Assembly (NCBI GenBank): GCA_002633005.1
Contig: NMRA01000046.1
Span: 870,144-934,143, forward strand
Direction of reading: 5' to 3'
Length of the DNA stretch: 64,000 nucleotides
DNA from: Phoronis australis
Taxonomy: Eukaryota > Animalia > Phoronida
Shown: positions 12,861 to 26,864 of the stretch, in pieces
How positions within the stretch are numbered: position 1 is the first letter of the stretch
How the letters are laid out: every line of letters begins with the position of its first letter
Notes under the pieces: model-generated
Seen by the model: the letters and a program-made list of their open reading frames with translations, nothing else
Databases searched by the model: none
What the model was told of the DNA's origin: nothing
Position numbers and translations under genes: made by a program

Positions 12861-15444
12861 TAGTGAGAACAGCATTTTTCAAAAATTTTTGAAAACGTGC
12901 ATGAAATATACATCACGAGAAAGCTCTCTACGAGACTAAAAGAACGGTGCAAAAAATTTTTAAATCGGACATACGGTTCCGGAGAAAATGGTGTTTTTGT
13001 GTCAAATTTTTTGGTAAAAATTCTGTCAAATCAAATTTGTGAGTTTGAAATATTATGGTTACAAATCTACATAACCTAGACAGACATGTTATATATCATT
13101 TCAAAGAAAATATTATGATGAATAATTTGCAAAAAAGAACATTTCGATTGGACATTCCTGTGCGAAGATATTGACCTTAGAGTCAACAAAGCCGACGAAG
13201 AAAAGTCTGTACGTACAATTTTGTTGTTTCAAATTGGCATAAAATAATAATTTCTCAAGAAAAAAAAATAAACTAGTATCATTTCAAGATTTTTCATCAG
13301 GGAAGTTGAAATCTGATAATTGGTTGGGCAAATTATTGATATTATTTTGTGACTTTTTTGTTGACATGCAGTTTGCGACTGACTTAACGTTGTCAAAATG
13401 CATTACTTTAAAAAATTAAAGATAAACAATATCATTTCAAATATGTATTGATGAAAAGTATGATAAGCAAAAATTTTAATACAAGCTTTATACAGTAAAT
13501 AGAAATTAAACATACTTTCCACAACAATGTAACAAAATGTAGACCTTGTCTTTAGCCATGCAGGAAAGTTCATGCTATGCAAACGACAACTGCAATATTT
13601 ATTTCCAAAGTTGTCTTGATATGAACACATAAAGGTATGTATGATGGGCAGATAAATAAAGTTCTCAAGCCATCCTCAAGGAAGGAAGGTCAAACCTTTT
13701 CACTGATTATTGGCAGTGAGTACCAGCAAGTAAACAGACAGTCAGTGGAGTTCCTTACACAGTCTTGTGGCCTCTTCAAGGAGTGCCTTACAGATTTATG
13801 GCATCCTTAAGGAAGGGGGGCCAAACACTTTCACTAAGTCAGTGGAGTACTTCACAGAGTTGTGGCATCCTCAAGGAAGGGGGCTGTTAAGTCAGTGGAA
13901 TACCTATATACACAATATGGAGCACTCCAGCACTTCGAGGTCCTCTTGACCAAAATCGTCCATCACCCGAAAGGTGCGCACAGCCTCATCTTCATCGTAG
14001 TGGGTATTGAGCCAAACTCACTTGCTGACTGCAAGTAGAATCGGTAGAAGCAGGAAAGAAGAAGGATCTGGACCAAGAGCTAAAGGCAGAGTCTGATGAG
14101 ACAGAAATGCGAGACATGATGATATGTATTATAGTAAACTGACAAATAGGAATGAAATTATAAGAAAAAATGATGAAGAAAATAACAACTGGTTTGGTCC
14201 ACAGCAATTTCCAACAAAGGTTACCTGAAAGATATAGGCCAGGCTGAGATATATAACAATCTAGACTAACCTCTGAATTGTTTTGTAAAAGCTATATTCA
14301 TCTTGCCGAGGGTAGAAAAAAATATTGATAGCATATATAGTTTTTCATGGTAGTAAACATAAAGTTTTGGTTGAAAACACAGCACTGGAGTAGAAATACA
14401 CAGTTGTAATATTTGTTTACTCTAAAATTAAAATGTTTTCATTTTCTATCTTGACATATGCTGGCTAAACTGTCTTGGCCAGTATGGGTGGTCCTGTCTG
14501 GCAACAAGTCAGGTCTTAGTGGCCTGACCTACAAAATTGTGAGGCAAAAATAGGAAAAAAGAACCTTAAATGAGAGAATCATTGTTCTCACAACGAGAAA
14601 TTACTTTTTGGGTCTCTTTTACATTAACTTTTCAAGTTGAAATGCTTTAGTTTGGGAACCAAAAATTCGCCGCGATTGAAGGAACACCCCTAGCGGCAGT
14701 ACCCGGAACTACGAAGTGAGTCAGAAATACGCCCGATTGACAGAAATAGACAAAGGGCCCGTTTGCAACAAGTGTTTGAAATAGTTCATTGATGAACCTT
14801 TTAGTGCGCAATAGGATTCATTATGCGCGCAAATTAGGAAATGTACCAATTAATTCAGGTCAAAGTTGAAGGTCGCGGGAACTGGCAACTTTTTCAACTT
14901 TTTAGTCAAAGAAAGTGAAAAATACTTATGTAATAACGTGCGCAAGGGTTTCTTCTACAAGTTCACGAAGTTTCACGCCAAAATTTGAGAGTTTAGTCTT
15001 CTCCTGAGTTGAAAACCAAATACCAGTTGTTTTTACCGGCGGCCATTTTGCTTTGAAATGTCGGTCACGTCGCTGCTAAAAACTCGTGCAAAGTATTATT
15101 AAATGGATTTTGCGACGACAAAAAACTAACATTTAAGTAAAATAATGTCTTATTTCATACTTTGAAGTAATTTTTATTCGCATTTATTGCATTTTTGAGT
15201 GATTTTTTGCCGATTGTAATGTGCAAATTTTACACGGTGACAGATACGCGAAGCGATTTGGTGTATCAGAATGTCGTCCATGTGACAGATGGTCCCTTCA
15301 AAACCAGATAAGAGCGACGACATTTGTCTTTGGAATATTTCTGGCGCCGAGCTGATTCCGAAAGGCAGTCGATTAAATCTATATCTCCCGAGAGGGGATA
15401 TGAATGTTGGAAGGTCTTTAGAGTTCTCGTGTAGGGCAATTTAA

Positions 15445-15900
15445 CTCATACTAAAAGACCATGTTTGCCGCAAGCTTGTAGCAAACATGCTGCAAGCTTG
15501 CGGCAAACAATTTTGTTTGCAGCAAACCAGCCGCAAAGTTTGCAGGAGTTTGCCGCTACCCGCAACACAGCCGCACACATTGCTGCAACCTTGCTGCAAA
15601 CACTGAAGTTTGCAGGAATGTTGCGGCAAACTTGGTGATTGAAAGTGTTTGCGGGAAAGTTGCAGGAAACTTTATTGTTGAAAAGTGTTTGCGGGAAAGT
15701 TGCAGGAAACTTTATTGATGAAAAAGTGTTTGCGGGAAAGTTGCAGGAAACTTTATTGGTGAAAAAGTGTTTGCGGGAAAGTTGCAGAAAACTTTATTGG
15801 TGAAAAAGTGTTTGCGGGAAAGCTGCAGGAAACTTTATTGGTGAAAAGTTTTCTCAGGAATAGGTGAAAAAGTGCTTGCACGAAATTTGCAGGAAACTTC
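15445..15900. repeat. Hairpin plus 37-38-bp minisatellite (AAAAGTGTTTGCGGGAAAGTTGCAGGAAACTTTATTGGTG), probably the end of a DNA transposon
   Basis: 22-bp-stem palindrome at 15462-15509, then ~6 tandem units at 15641-15900. Confidence 0.8.
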
Positions 15901-17294
15901 AATGTTTAAATTGTTAGCATTAAGGTTTTGACAATGTTAGAAATTGTGAAATTGTTTTTTATTTTCTAAATTTCAAAGAAACCTCAAATCCCAGAACCTA
16001 TGAGGGCAGTTACTTATTTTAGATAACTTACCTAAATGTGACCTACTGTTGGGTAAGTTACATTGTTAAAAACAGCAAATGCTCAAATTAAGATGAACAA
16101 ATGCTACCTAAAACACTAGAGAATATAATCGCATCTGTATGTACTTTGTTTTTATTCAGTCAATGTACTTAACAAATTTTCAGCTTTCATACTGCTGACA
16201 AAGTCATTACAGCAAAATATTAAATGTAAATGCTTTAAAACAACAAAGGCAATGTTACCTGCATGTTTTTTAAACAAGCGTAATAAATATCAACACAAAC
16301 CATGCACAAATATATGATCCAATTTTACCAAATGTGCAAGTATTAGCATTTAGAGCAATTTGTACTTTTCCAACATTTGAAATTATCCCATAATCAGGTG
16401 GTAGTAGCCACTGTAGCTACAGTAAAATTTTGTCTATTTCGGACAAAAATAATTGCCAAAAATTTCTCATTTTGATTTTTCAGGGACATTTAGCATAATG
16501 TTGTGAAGACTCACAATTTTTCAAAATATTGTCTGTCAGCAGCTATGGTACGGACTTGGATATGGCTCGGGATTCTTGTGGTACTGCACATTATTTATGA
16601 AAAAATAAGAAATTAAATTTCACTAGTGAATCCTTATATTATTGTTCTATGCTTCTAGGGCTATTGTTTATTTTAATCAGCCCAGCTACATGTTGAACTG
16701 CTAGGACTGTTTTCAAAGAATGCCTCTTGGAATACATTAATGTTTAATGCCTCCTAAGGGCTGTTGATTGTTTATTACTCTGCGTGTAAGCACACAGTAC
16801 TGTTGTTCCTGGGTTTTCTTCAACTTTATTCTTCTTCTTATTCTTATTCTTCTTCCGACCAACTTTGAGACTTAATAATTCCAAATTGGGTGCAGGTACG
16901 TTCTTTAAATTCAGCATATGACTTTTGACAGTATATAAATTTTGATTGGTTATATAATCATATTCCATATTGCACCGGAAGAGGTCGTTTGGTGCAAAGG
17001 TCATATAATTTTCAAAATGCTAGTCTTCCTTCAGTTTTAAAGCTATCTTTTTCAAATTCGGTGCACAGGTATAAGTCAACATGGCAATTTGAAAAATTAC
17101 TTTTTTAAGTAATCGAGTCAACCATAAACTTGCAGACAAAAATCTTTCACCTTGTGTGGTAACCTATGTTGTACAGACTCAGTGGCTTTATTAAAAATCG
17201 AAGTGTTTGGTTCCTCAATGTGATGCTTATTCATTGCGAATGGGCTTATAATCAAAATGGTAAAGTCTTTAAATGTCTGAATGGGAAATCTTAC

Positions 17295-17990
17295 TGTTGT
17301 GCCACGTGCAGTGATGCTGATCATTGGACGATTGATTTCAAGCAGTTACCTAGTGGGTTGATTTAGCTCAGCTCATGTACTTGGGCGTGTCTGGCGGAGA
17401 TAACCCACCACTAGATTTGTCTGACAGTATTTATTCGTGATACCTGGGCTTGCGGTGAATATTTTGGATCTGGTTTTAAGCGGTTACCTCTTGGGTTGAT
17501 CTAGCTCAATTTTTAACCCTTTTTGATAATCATCTGGCAGGGGCACCCCACCACTGAAATTGTCTGGCATCTAACAGTTGTGCCATGTACAGTGATGCTG
17601 AACATCATGCACTTGGTTTGAAACGGTTACCTGATGGATTGATCTAGCTCAACTCGGATATTTGGGCGTGTCTGGCGGGACTAATCCACCACTAGATTTG
17701 TCTGGTAGTGTTCATTCGTGATACCTGGGCTCACGGTGAATATTTTGCAACTGGTTTCTAGTGGTTACCTCTTGGATTGATCTAGCTCAATTTTTTTACC
17801 TTGTTTATAACCGTCTCCCACCACTGAAATTGTCTGGCAGTGACCAGTTTTGATACAGTGGATTACTTAGTAGGTATCCAAGGCAGTTTGAAGTGGTTAC
17901 CAGAAAAGTTGCTGTAGCTCAATTTTTGAGTGTCATTCTCTTGGCTCTCCTGACCACACCCACCAGAGCAAACCTGCCAGACGGCCATTT
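17295..17990. repeat. Diverged ~140-bp tandem repeat with ~281-bp dimeric higher-order structure
   Basis: GTTACC...GATCTAGCTCAA recurs at ~17345, 17483, 17626, 17764 and 17897. CCCACCACT..ATTTGTCTG in each unit. Confidence 0.8.
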
Positions 17991-18094
17991 CCAAGCATCA
18001 GGATACCCACAGAGCACTGTGGCACCAAAGAAAATTGGTTACCTTTTTATGCCCAAAAAACCTCTGGGATCCCGGTCTATTAGGTCTTTTAGGA

Positions 18095-18290
18095 ATTCGT
18101 GACCACCTGTCGAAGACTTGCACCAGGAAAAATGCCAATAATAAGGCTTAGCGTGACGACATATTTTCATATTTTGATAACAATTCTGTCTTTTTACCAG
18201 CTGTTCACATGCAGACAGCGACGCTTGCGCAATTCAATCACCACTAGTACAGCAGCGACACCGTGAGGAGAATTCTCCGAATAGCCCCAC
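18095..18290 (-). repeat. Interspersed repeat, inverted homologue of 24055..24247
   Basis: Shared GTGGTCAC...CTAAGCCTTATTATTG...CAGCTGGTAAAA...GTACTAGTGGTGA...GAATTCTCC sequence. Confidence 0.75.
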
Positions 18291-18684
18291 TGAGATGACA
18301 TTACACCTGAATGTTGAAATCCCACGCTGCTAAGAATTTCGCTAAAACTTCCCAAACTTAGTATTTATTCATCAATCTCAAAAATGCTGTTAGGATTTTT
18401 GTTGTAAAGGCCTAGTTTTTGAGTAATGTAACAAAGACAAATACCACTGCTATTTTTTACGAAAATATCTGATGTTTTATGAGTTGATTTATACTAGAAA
18501 CGAAACAAAAAATTCCTAACAGCGTTTTTGAGGTAATTGGTGAAGTTTTTGTTTATTTAAAATTGACCGAGGGGTTATTGTGCTAGGAATTTACCTTTCT
18601 CTAGGACTTAAAAAAGGTGTAATCAACATAATATTCATAATGCTACATAAATAGAGTTTTACATATTTTTACATTCCCTGATCT

Positions 18685-19505
18685 TTTGTATCAATTTAGA
18701 TCCAGTAGTTCCACTTGATTACAGCAAGTTCAGTTCTTTTACCTGACACCAGACAGCAGACGGAAGTGTTGAAATTAACCAATGACGTCATAGGTTCTAA
18801 CACACTCTGCTCAGCTGTTCACAAGAGCTTGCTGGTGTCAGCTTATTGCTTGACTTCATCGCTTTACACCAATAAATCATCAAAATTCGAAGCAAAACCC
18901 TTACAGATATATCGAGTGTTTATACAAACGAGTTGTTTATTTCGCTGCCATGGATTTATAGAAATTTTGAATGTACCATACTACGGCGGCTTACAAAGTT
19001 TGGTAGGCCAACTTACCAAGGTCGGTCTCAGGAAGTTTGAATCTGTTCGGTGATAAATTAGAATGATTCTTCTGTGAAATACAGACTGGAGAGCATAGCC
19101 GTGTGTTGTACTTTTATGCTGACAATTTTTTCAGTTCTAATTTCACAAATGGCTCAGAACTGATGGTCCAGCCAGGACATCACGAACATAAATGAATGAT
19201 TCTTTTGTGAAATACAGACAGGAGAGCATAGCCATGTGTTGTAATTTTATACTAGCAATTTTTTCAGTTCTAATTTTACAAATGGCGCAGAACCGATGGC
19301 CCGGCCAGGACATCACGAACATAAATGAGCTGGGTTAGTTGGCTACCAAGGTTGAAAATTAAAAAATACTAGACTGGTGAACCAAAAAAATAATGTGCAC
19401 GTGAATATTTTCGTAAAAACGCCTCAAAATTGCAAATCTACATACCCGTCTGGGCCGCGAAGCCAGGTTCCCCTTCCATTGAACCGTGCAGGTCAAAAGG
19501 TGTAC
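18685..19505 (+). mobile_element. Fragment of the Kolobok-like family
   Basis: Collinear with 25810..26500 and inverted with 48400..49070. Internal ~135-bp duplication at 19065-19330. Confidence 0.7.
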
Positions 19506-20637
19506 AATAGCAATGAATCAAATAATGTATATATATATATATATCTGAATAAAGATTCCCTTAATGTCTGACCATAGCATATTAAGTCGAGTTATTGTCT
19601 CACAACAGCTTTCTGTCAGCAAACACTGAATTGGCATGCACTCACATGGCCTCAGGCCGGTCAATTAGTTTTATTGCATCTGAAACAGGTAATGCAGTAT
19701 GATTTATTTATTGTTGGTTTCTCAAAACATTTGCACTCCAAAGGCATTACAAATTGTATCTATTGAAACAGTCTTGCAACAAACTGTATTTCAGTTATAT
19801 TTAACATTGGTTAGGGTGAGAATAACTCAATTTGAAACGGAACAAAATGTCGACATGAAGAAACTCACAAAGTTGCATAAAATGAGAACAAAAAGACATT
19901 TTAGAAACTGTAACTGCATTTTTAGTGAGATGTCATCTTGAACAGTTAGATCAAATACAATTTGATGATGTTATTGACGCTGTTGTTTTTCTAACTGAAT
20001 GTATTATTTTTTGCTTAATTTTACTAAAAACATGGTCACGTGGCTTCATTAATTATAGATTAGTAAAAAGTTTAAAATCAAATTTACAGACTTTCTACTT
20101 TAACAAATATGTAACTTTTAGTTTGTAGTTTTGTTGACATTTGGTTGTTTGTACTGTAAATACATTCTTGTCAATAAGGTCCTACATAAATACGTAAATA
20201 CGAATACTTGTTTAATAAGACTAGAATACATAAAAAAAGTTGCTTTCCTCTAAAAGTCACAATTTGTTACTAAAATTGTTGTTATCCTTGTACTGAAAGT
20301 CCATTTATGGGCACTGTCGTTGTACCAAAATTATCAAAATATTCCAGCAGCTAGCTCTTGTACCTATGTTATATTTAATGCATTCTTCCTAATTCATTTT
20401 GTTGTAAACGATGTGACATTTAGACATTTTAATGGTCTGTAGAATGTCTTTTTCATGATAGAAAAAATGTAATCGTCCATTGTGAGAAAACCCGTGTAGA
20501 AATGTTTATTGCTTAATTCTGTTTTGTCATTTAGGTTGGTACAAAAGGATGTTCTATTGAGGTTATCAAATGATTGTGAAAACAAGGTTTTGTAATTGAT
20601 TGCCAGCAACCAAAGTCAAGCTCTTATATTTTTTCAG

Positions 20638-20683
20638 TTTGTTGTGTTCCACACATTACAGAGGGCCAGAACACGGAGAACAA
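20638..20683 (+). CDS. PH-PTB-DD adaptor, exon 2 (FVVFHTLQRARTRRT)
   Basis: ttttttcag| acceptor, A|gtaagt donor, phase 0 to 1. Supplies PH strand 2. Confidence 0.75.
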
Positions 20684-21349
20684 GTAAGTTCACTCATTGC
20701 GCAGTGATTGTATTAAGCACACAATTTTGTCATATTGCCTTTATCTGTTCCTATTGGAATTGGTGTCCACCATGCCTTATTTATACTGTTTGGCATCTGC
20801 CTCAAATTATTGAAAGGACAGTAAAATTGGAGAGCTATCTTCCAATATAAGAGATCATGGCTGATGTCGATTTTAGGATGGGTCCAAATAATACTATGCC
20901 CAGTGGCATTATTTGCCTGCCTCAGTTTCTTCCAAGTTTGGTGATGAGATATCATGAAGTTTAGAGGATAATTTATGTTCTTGACAAGAGTAGGGCTGTT
21001 ATTCATTTTTGGATGGGTGTGTGATACGACTGTGCTCCCTTGTTGCTCGAGAATTGTCTTGGTATGGCCGATATTAAATGTCATTGAGTTGCTGGGTGAC
21101 TAGGTGCATGACAGTTTAACAGTTCTTTACCGGGAGATCAGGGTTTAAAGGTGTGGAAGTGTTCAATACCAGTGGGTCATCTTGACTTTAAAAACACCAG
21201 TTATGATTAATTAAATAATTATTGTTAAAAGTAACAAATTTTTTACGCTATGAGAAACTTTCGGAAATTAGTCATTGCTTGCCGATGCTATGCTACCTGT
21301 TTCATGCATATATATTTCCTGAAGACTAATGTCTTCGATGACAGGTACA

Positions 21350-21775
21350 TGTATGTAAGGCGCCGTTCCTAGCCACTTGCTTTTAACACCAATCAAGTTT
21401 TTTTAAAAGTCTTTGATTCGTGGTTTTCTCATGTACAAAACAAAGAAATTTGAATTCCTGTTGAGGGAGAGCTGTACGGGAAAGATACAATACAATCCCG
21501 TTGACAAGTACGCTGCGTCTGTTCTGAAAGGGCAGACCATAGTGAAACACTTTCCTTGCAAGATCAGGAAAACTTTTGTGTTCTTTTTGAAGCACGGCCA
21601 AGCTTGAAGTGTATAGTCACAGCAAAATACTGACGTAGTGGCAAGGCTCGTGGTCTAGAAATTCTGCGCACAATGATTTTTTCATGACTGTCGGATTTTA
21701 TTGATAAATTGAAGATGTTACTGTAGAATTTTAGAACTGTAGGTAAGGCATTTTTCGCATGTACACACTCATGGG
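21350..21775 (+). pseudogene. Degenerate HIRAN-like ORF fragment, part of the same repeat family as 60499..62995
   Basis: IRGFLMYK...NPVDKYAASVLKGQTIVKHFPCKI...FFLKHG. Nucleotide similarity to the reverse complement of 60590-60860. Confidence 0.65.
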
Positions 21776-21832
21776 CTGACTGGCTTCCTTAACTTGTGGG
21801 TGATGTTATATTATGCTCTTCTTACCTTGCAG

Positions 21833-22144
21833 TTGTTGCAAATTTCTACATATACAAAGATGAAAAAGAACGAGAGAGCAAGTTGCAGAAAGAATTCACT
21901 TTCAAGATAGAAGACTTTGTTACAACAGTACTGGTCCAAGAAAACGTCTCCAAACAGTCACTACTTGGAAATTCTGTCAAAACTAGGTCATGTCTATCCG
22001 TTTTAGTTTGTGATGAAGACAGGAATGAACGAGTAATCTCCTTTGAGTTGGCAGAAAATGTGGAACCATCAAAAACCGAAGACTGTGTAGATCGGGACAT
22101 TCTGTTGAATTGGAATGCAAAAATAAGAAGTAATTTAGAGTACA
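21833..22144 (+). CDS. PH-PTB-DD adaptor, exon 3 (rest of PH domain)
   Basis: cttaccttgcag| acceptor, A|gtaagt donor, phase 1/1, 312 nt open. FYIYKDEKE strand 3 and C-terminal helix with the conserved W (DILLNWNAKIRSNL). Confidence 0.88.
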
Positions 22145-25100
22145 GTAAGTGAAACGCTTCATAGGCATTATCTATTACCCAGTCCCCATGCTGCCTAAAA
22201 TGCTACTGTTTTCGCTAGCACTTTTGCTCAGCTGACAAAAAATGCTAGTAATGTGACTGGGTGCCGGCGCTTTGCTGAAAGTATAAGATACCCCCAAACT
22301 ACTGGTGCTTTCAATAATATTTTAGTAGTCTGACTGCTTAGAAAGGACACTCATGTGTAGCAGTGAGACATGCTATAAAACTCCCACTAAACGAGATCTT
22401 GTCAAACTCCACTGATCAGGGAAAACTGTGGGGTTTGGCCGATTGAACTGGACCGTATTTATCCTCCTTGGCTGTGTCACGCTTAGCTCACGATCAAAGG
22501 GATCCCGCCTAGCTGCTCTATTCATCGAGTCACGAGCGAGGATAATTGGCTTCGCTCATGCGGATACGATCAGCTGATTACAATCTAACCTAGATGACCA
22601 TACTTTTTATGGAGAGCGTTTTACATAGTTTTAAGTTTAATATTTGAAAAGAGGGGAGAAAAAAATGTTGGTACAACTTTGCATTTTTCAAATCGGTCCA
22701 GAATAAGAGATTTAACAAAACAGCAACACTCATGATTACTTTCATTCGGCGCGCACGAATACAAAAATCGAGGACCCAAGTCATTTAGATTTTGGAACAC
22801 ATGCATTGCAATATTCAAAATATTATGTTTATTATAACTCCTACAAGCTGTAATTTCATTGTGCTCATTTGTCAAATCAGAAATTTCCTAGATGTTATCT
22901 GTAGTGTGCGTGTATGTATACAAAACACGAGATCGATATCTTCCTGAAGTACGAACATTAAGAAACTTTAGCATGCCGTTATTATTGACAGGGACACGAT
23001 AAAACAAATTTGGATTTTGATGATAGTCTTGATACAGCGAGCTGGCTGACCACTGCGTCAGTGTCTCCGTTAGACCCAGAAATTTTACACAGCCCGGGTA
23101 GTTCACCTCGTCACCTCGTCCCCAACATGTATATCGAGCCTAGGACTATTAATGTTTTACTCCACGGTAGAGCTAATGACTGTCGGCCTGTGCACACAAA
23201 ATCTGTGAGTTAACCGGCAGTCACCTTGCATGTTGCAGTCGTTTAAGTGAAAAACAATCTAATAAACGCCATTTTCTTGCATAATCCTCCACCTTTTGTA
23301 ACAAAAAAGTCTGTCGTCAATGACCCGCACGCGCTCGCTCACTCACTCTCGGCATACGCAGACGAATTTCAAAACAAACGTCATGTGACAACAACGTGTG
23401 TTCATACAGAGATTTTTCTCGTGTTGTGGGGTACAATGTAGCGTAGATTTGGACTTAATCGCAATTAATCTGGACTATACATGAACAGAAAAACTCCAAT
23501 ACCCCAGTACCACTCACATACTCAAATGGGAACAATTTTGGACAGAAAAGCTCAATACACTAGAGCCTCATGGATTAAACATAAAAACTTCTTAAATTAT
23601 TCGGCAACAATGTATCACATTCATTACGCCACATCTTAAATGTCAATTTTCATGTGGTGTTTGATTTTACTTTATTTCTGTTTCTGTTGACGAAGGATGT
23701 TATTACATCTGAAAATAAAATTTCAGTTGATCCATCCTTGTTTTTTATTTACCTATATATTATTCTACATTTCATGAAACAATAGTATCCTTGAGAGGAT
23801 CTGGATCGCCTTATTTAGTTTCTGATTTATTTTCTACATTATTTATATTTTATATCATATTTAAGTCTTGCTGGTAAAATATTACTGCTGTGCCGTGGGC
23901 TGCAATGCTGATTCAAGGAAGTGGGACGTCTCATTTCACTCACTGACGGCTCTAAAGCACTAAGAAAGATAACAAAGCTTGTCTTGTGTACAGTGCAAAC
24001 ATTGCACAATCAGTATAACTTTACCTCGCCACTGAGATGAGAGGGATTGCGTAATGGGGCTATTCCACGAATTCTCCTCGCGGTGTTGCTGTTGTACTAG
24101 TGGTGACTGAATTGCGCAAACGTTGCTGTCTGCATGTAAACAGCTGGTAAAAGGATGGAATTGTTATCAAAATGCGTCGTTGCGCTAAGCCTTATTATTG
24201 CTATTTTCCTGGGTACAAATCTTCGACAGGTGGTCACAAATTTCCAANTTTATATCATATTTAAGTCTTGCTGGGAAAATATTACTGCTGTGCCGTGGGC
24301 TGCAATGCTGATTCAAGGAAGTGGGATGTCTCATTTCACTCACTGACGGCTCTAAAGCACTAAGAAAGATAACAAAGCTTGTCTTGTGTACAGTGCAAAC
24401 ATTGCACAATCAGTATAACTTTACCTCGCGACTGAGATGAGAGGGATTGCGTAATGGGGCTATTCCACGAATTCTTCTCGCGGTGTTGCTGTTGTACTAG
24501 TGGTGACTGAATTGCGCAAACGTTGCTGTCTGCATGTAAACAGCTGGTAAAAGGATGGAATTGTTATCAAAATGCGTCGTTGCGCTAAGCCTTATTATTG
24601 CTATTTTCCTGGGTACAAATCTTCGACAGGTGGTCACAAATTTCCAAAACACCTAAGGTTACTACAGGCGTGGAGATTTGCGGTCAAAAGGGTCAACCAA
24701 GTGACAAAAAGTGTGTGAATGCCGAAGCCTCACGCCCCATGTGTGCTCTATGCATCTCCATTGAGAGACTACATAATCGCGTTACTTGGTAAGTTTTTAG
24801 CAATTAGTTTCAATCGACATTGTTCAGTGATGTTATCCCCACCAGTTACCCCACTGAATAATGGGTTTATTCAGTGGAACTAAGTGTTTCTTTTCAGAAA
24901 GTCACCTGGGACCCCGATGATAGGTTAGCAGCACATTATTCACATATTGTCCTGGGTGGGAGTGCTCCCAATATAAGAGGTGTATGGGACATGCGGCTCA
25001 GAAGTCAAGGATGACTTTTTCACAGCCTTTACTCTTGAAAACTATGCTATGTCCAATAAAATTCTCTAGACGATTGTGTTTCCTTATTTTATAACGGACC

Positions 25101-25780
25101 CCACCCCCAGGACTACCAGATTATCATTACTGAATTAACATGAATGAGTTATTCAGTAAATTCGTAACATTACATTGGAATAAAAATTAACACCAAGAAT
25201 GAATTTTATTTGTTGAGATCAGAAACACATTTTAAGTGTCATTCTTAAGTCACTTTTAGCCTGTTTCACATAATTTATTTCAGATCTTAAACAAGGCTCG
25301 GGTACAAAGATTATTGGTTTCTTCATATTAACACGAACAAGATGAAATGTCAAGTTTGTTCTGCTTTACAAAAGTTGTTTTGTCTATTGTTTTAGTTTAT
25401 AATTTGCTTTTCTGACTATTCTGTTACAGGTGAGAGAAAACGACTGAAACCAGCTGCCTTACCGTATATTCTACATTTCGACAAAGTGAAAAGCAATCCT
25501 TCAGCAATAACCTGAGAAAACTGAACCTCTCAATTCAGAAAATCAGCCCTTGATATGCCTGATTATGGACCCTGTTTCAGTGGGAAAATTACAATTCTTT
25601 TTAACAATGTTGTTCCTTTGTATGTAAGGTGGTTGTTCAGTTTGCCATTTTTAAACACACTGATTGTTGTTTATTCTCGAGTCCTGTGCATAACAGATTC
25701 TTATCCAGCTTGCTACAATAGAAAACATGCTTTGCTTGCATGTTTAACTTTTGTTTTTCACAAGTTAACAAAAAACTTAA

Positions 25781-26815
25781 AGGAGAATGTCACCCAAAAA
25801 ACAACCTAATGTGTATCAGTTTAGATCGAGTAGTTCCACTCGATAACAGCAAGTGTAGTTGTTTTACCTGACGGCAGACGGAGGTGTTGAACGTAACCAA
25901 TGACGTAATGGGTTTGAACGCAGTCTGTTCAGTCGTTCACAACGCGCTTACTGGTGTCAGCTTATCACTTGAATCTATCGTTTTACACCAACAAATCATC
26001 AAAATTCCAATTAAAACCCTTACAGATACGTTGAGTTCTTGAACAAATGGGTGTTTTATTTCACTGTTATGGATTTATAAGTGTTTGAACGTACCGTAGC
26101 CAACAGAGTTTGGTAGGCCAATTTACCTTGGTCGATCACGGGAATTTGGGTCTGTTTGGTGAAAAAAATCAAAATCATTCTTCCATGAAATACAGACAGG
26201 AGAACATAACTGTGTGTGGTAATTTTAGACTTGCGATTTTTTTTCAGTTCTAAACACAAAACGATCGCTATCCCAGCCATTGGCTCGGAACCCGATCAGG
26301 CCGTCAGGGCCGCCGCGATTGGACATCGCGAACCTAAACGAGCTTAAGTTAGAAACTAAACCTCCAGTCACGAAAAGACTAAAATAGAGAGCCACACAAA
26401 TAACGTGCACGTAATTATTTTGGTGAATTAGCCACGAAATTGAAAATCTACTTACTTGTCACGGGCCGCTAAGGGCAGGTTCCCATTCCACAGAACCTAC
26501 AGGGCAAAAGTCGACAAGATGACGGCCACAGACATAGACATGTTTCACGGCCTCATACTTGCTATTAACAGCGTACTTTTCATTCTTCACTACCGCGAGC
26601 TACTTCCTAAGCATTCCGGGCTCTCGAGGAAGTCGAAGAAACAATATACCTGCTTTGGTCTCAGGTTCATACTTCATTCAAGCGGGAACGATGCACCGCA
26701 GCATAGCGACGTTAACTCTGCAGATGAACCACCAACGTCGTTGCGTCATTTCTCCCCTTTGGGCTTTTTACTGACAATAAGACAATCAATGCAGTCACTG
26801 AATGTCATTTCCCCA
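25781..26815 (-). mobile_element. Kolobok-like non-autonomous element with THAP remnant (internally deleted copy)
   Basis: TTAA|AGGAGAATGTCACCC end. Inverted homologue of 47499..49101, with THAP-like sequence on the - strand at ~26520-26700. Confidence 0.8.
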
Positions 26816-26864
26816 TAACGTGTACCTAATTGAAAAGTTTTTACCATTAGTATAGTATAAAGCC

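Noticed and set aside
13905-14110. - strand coding-looking stretch with an in-frame TGA (…AVSK*VWLNTHYDEDEAVRTFRVMDDFG…), considered as a selenoprotein
   Set aside because: No recognisable family, start context or SECIS element. More likely a decayed TE ORF or chance.
23848-24648. Near-identical ~400-bp tandem duplication
   Set aside because: The two copies meet at the single N (24248). Most likely overlapping contig ends or haplotypes, not a real duplication.
26456-26818. ORFs MTATDIDMFHG / MSATDTEMFHG repeated three times as a gene family
   Set aside because: They are the antisense reading of the Kolobok-like THAP remnant.
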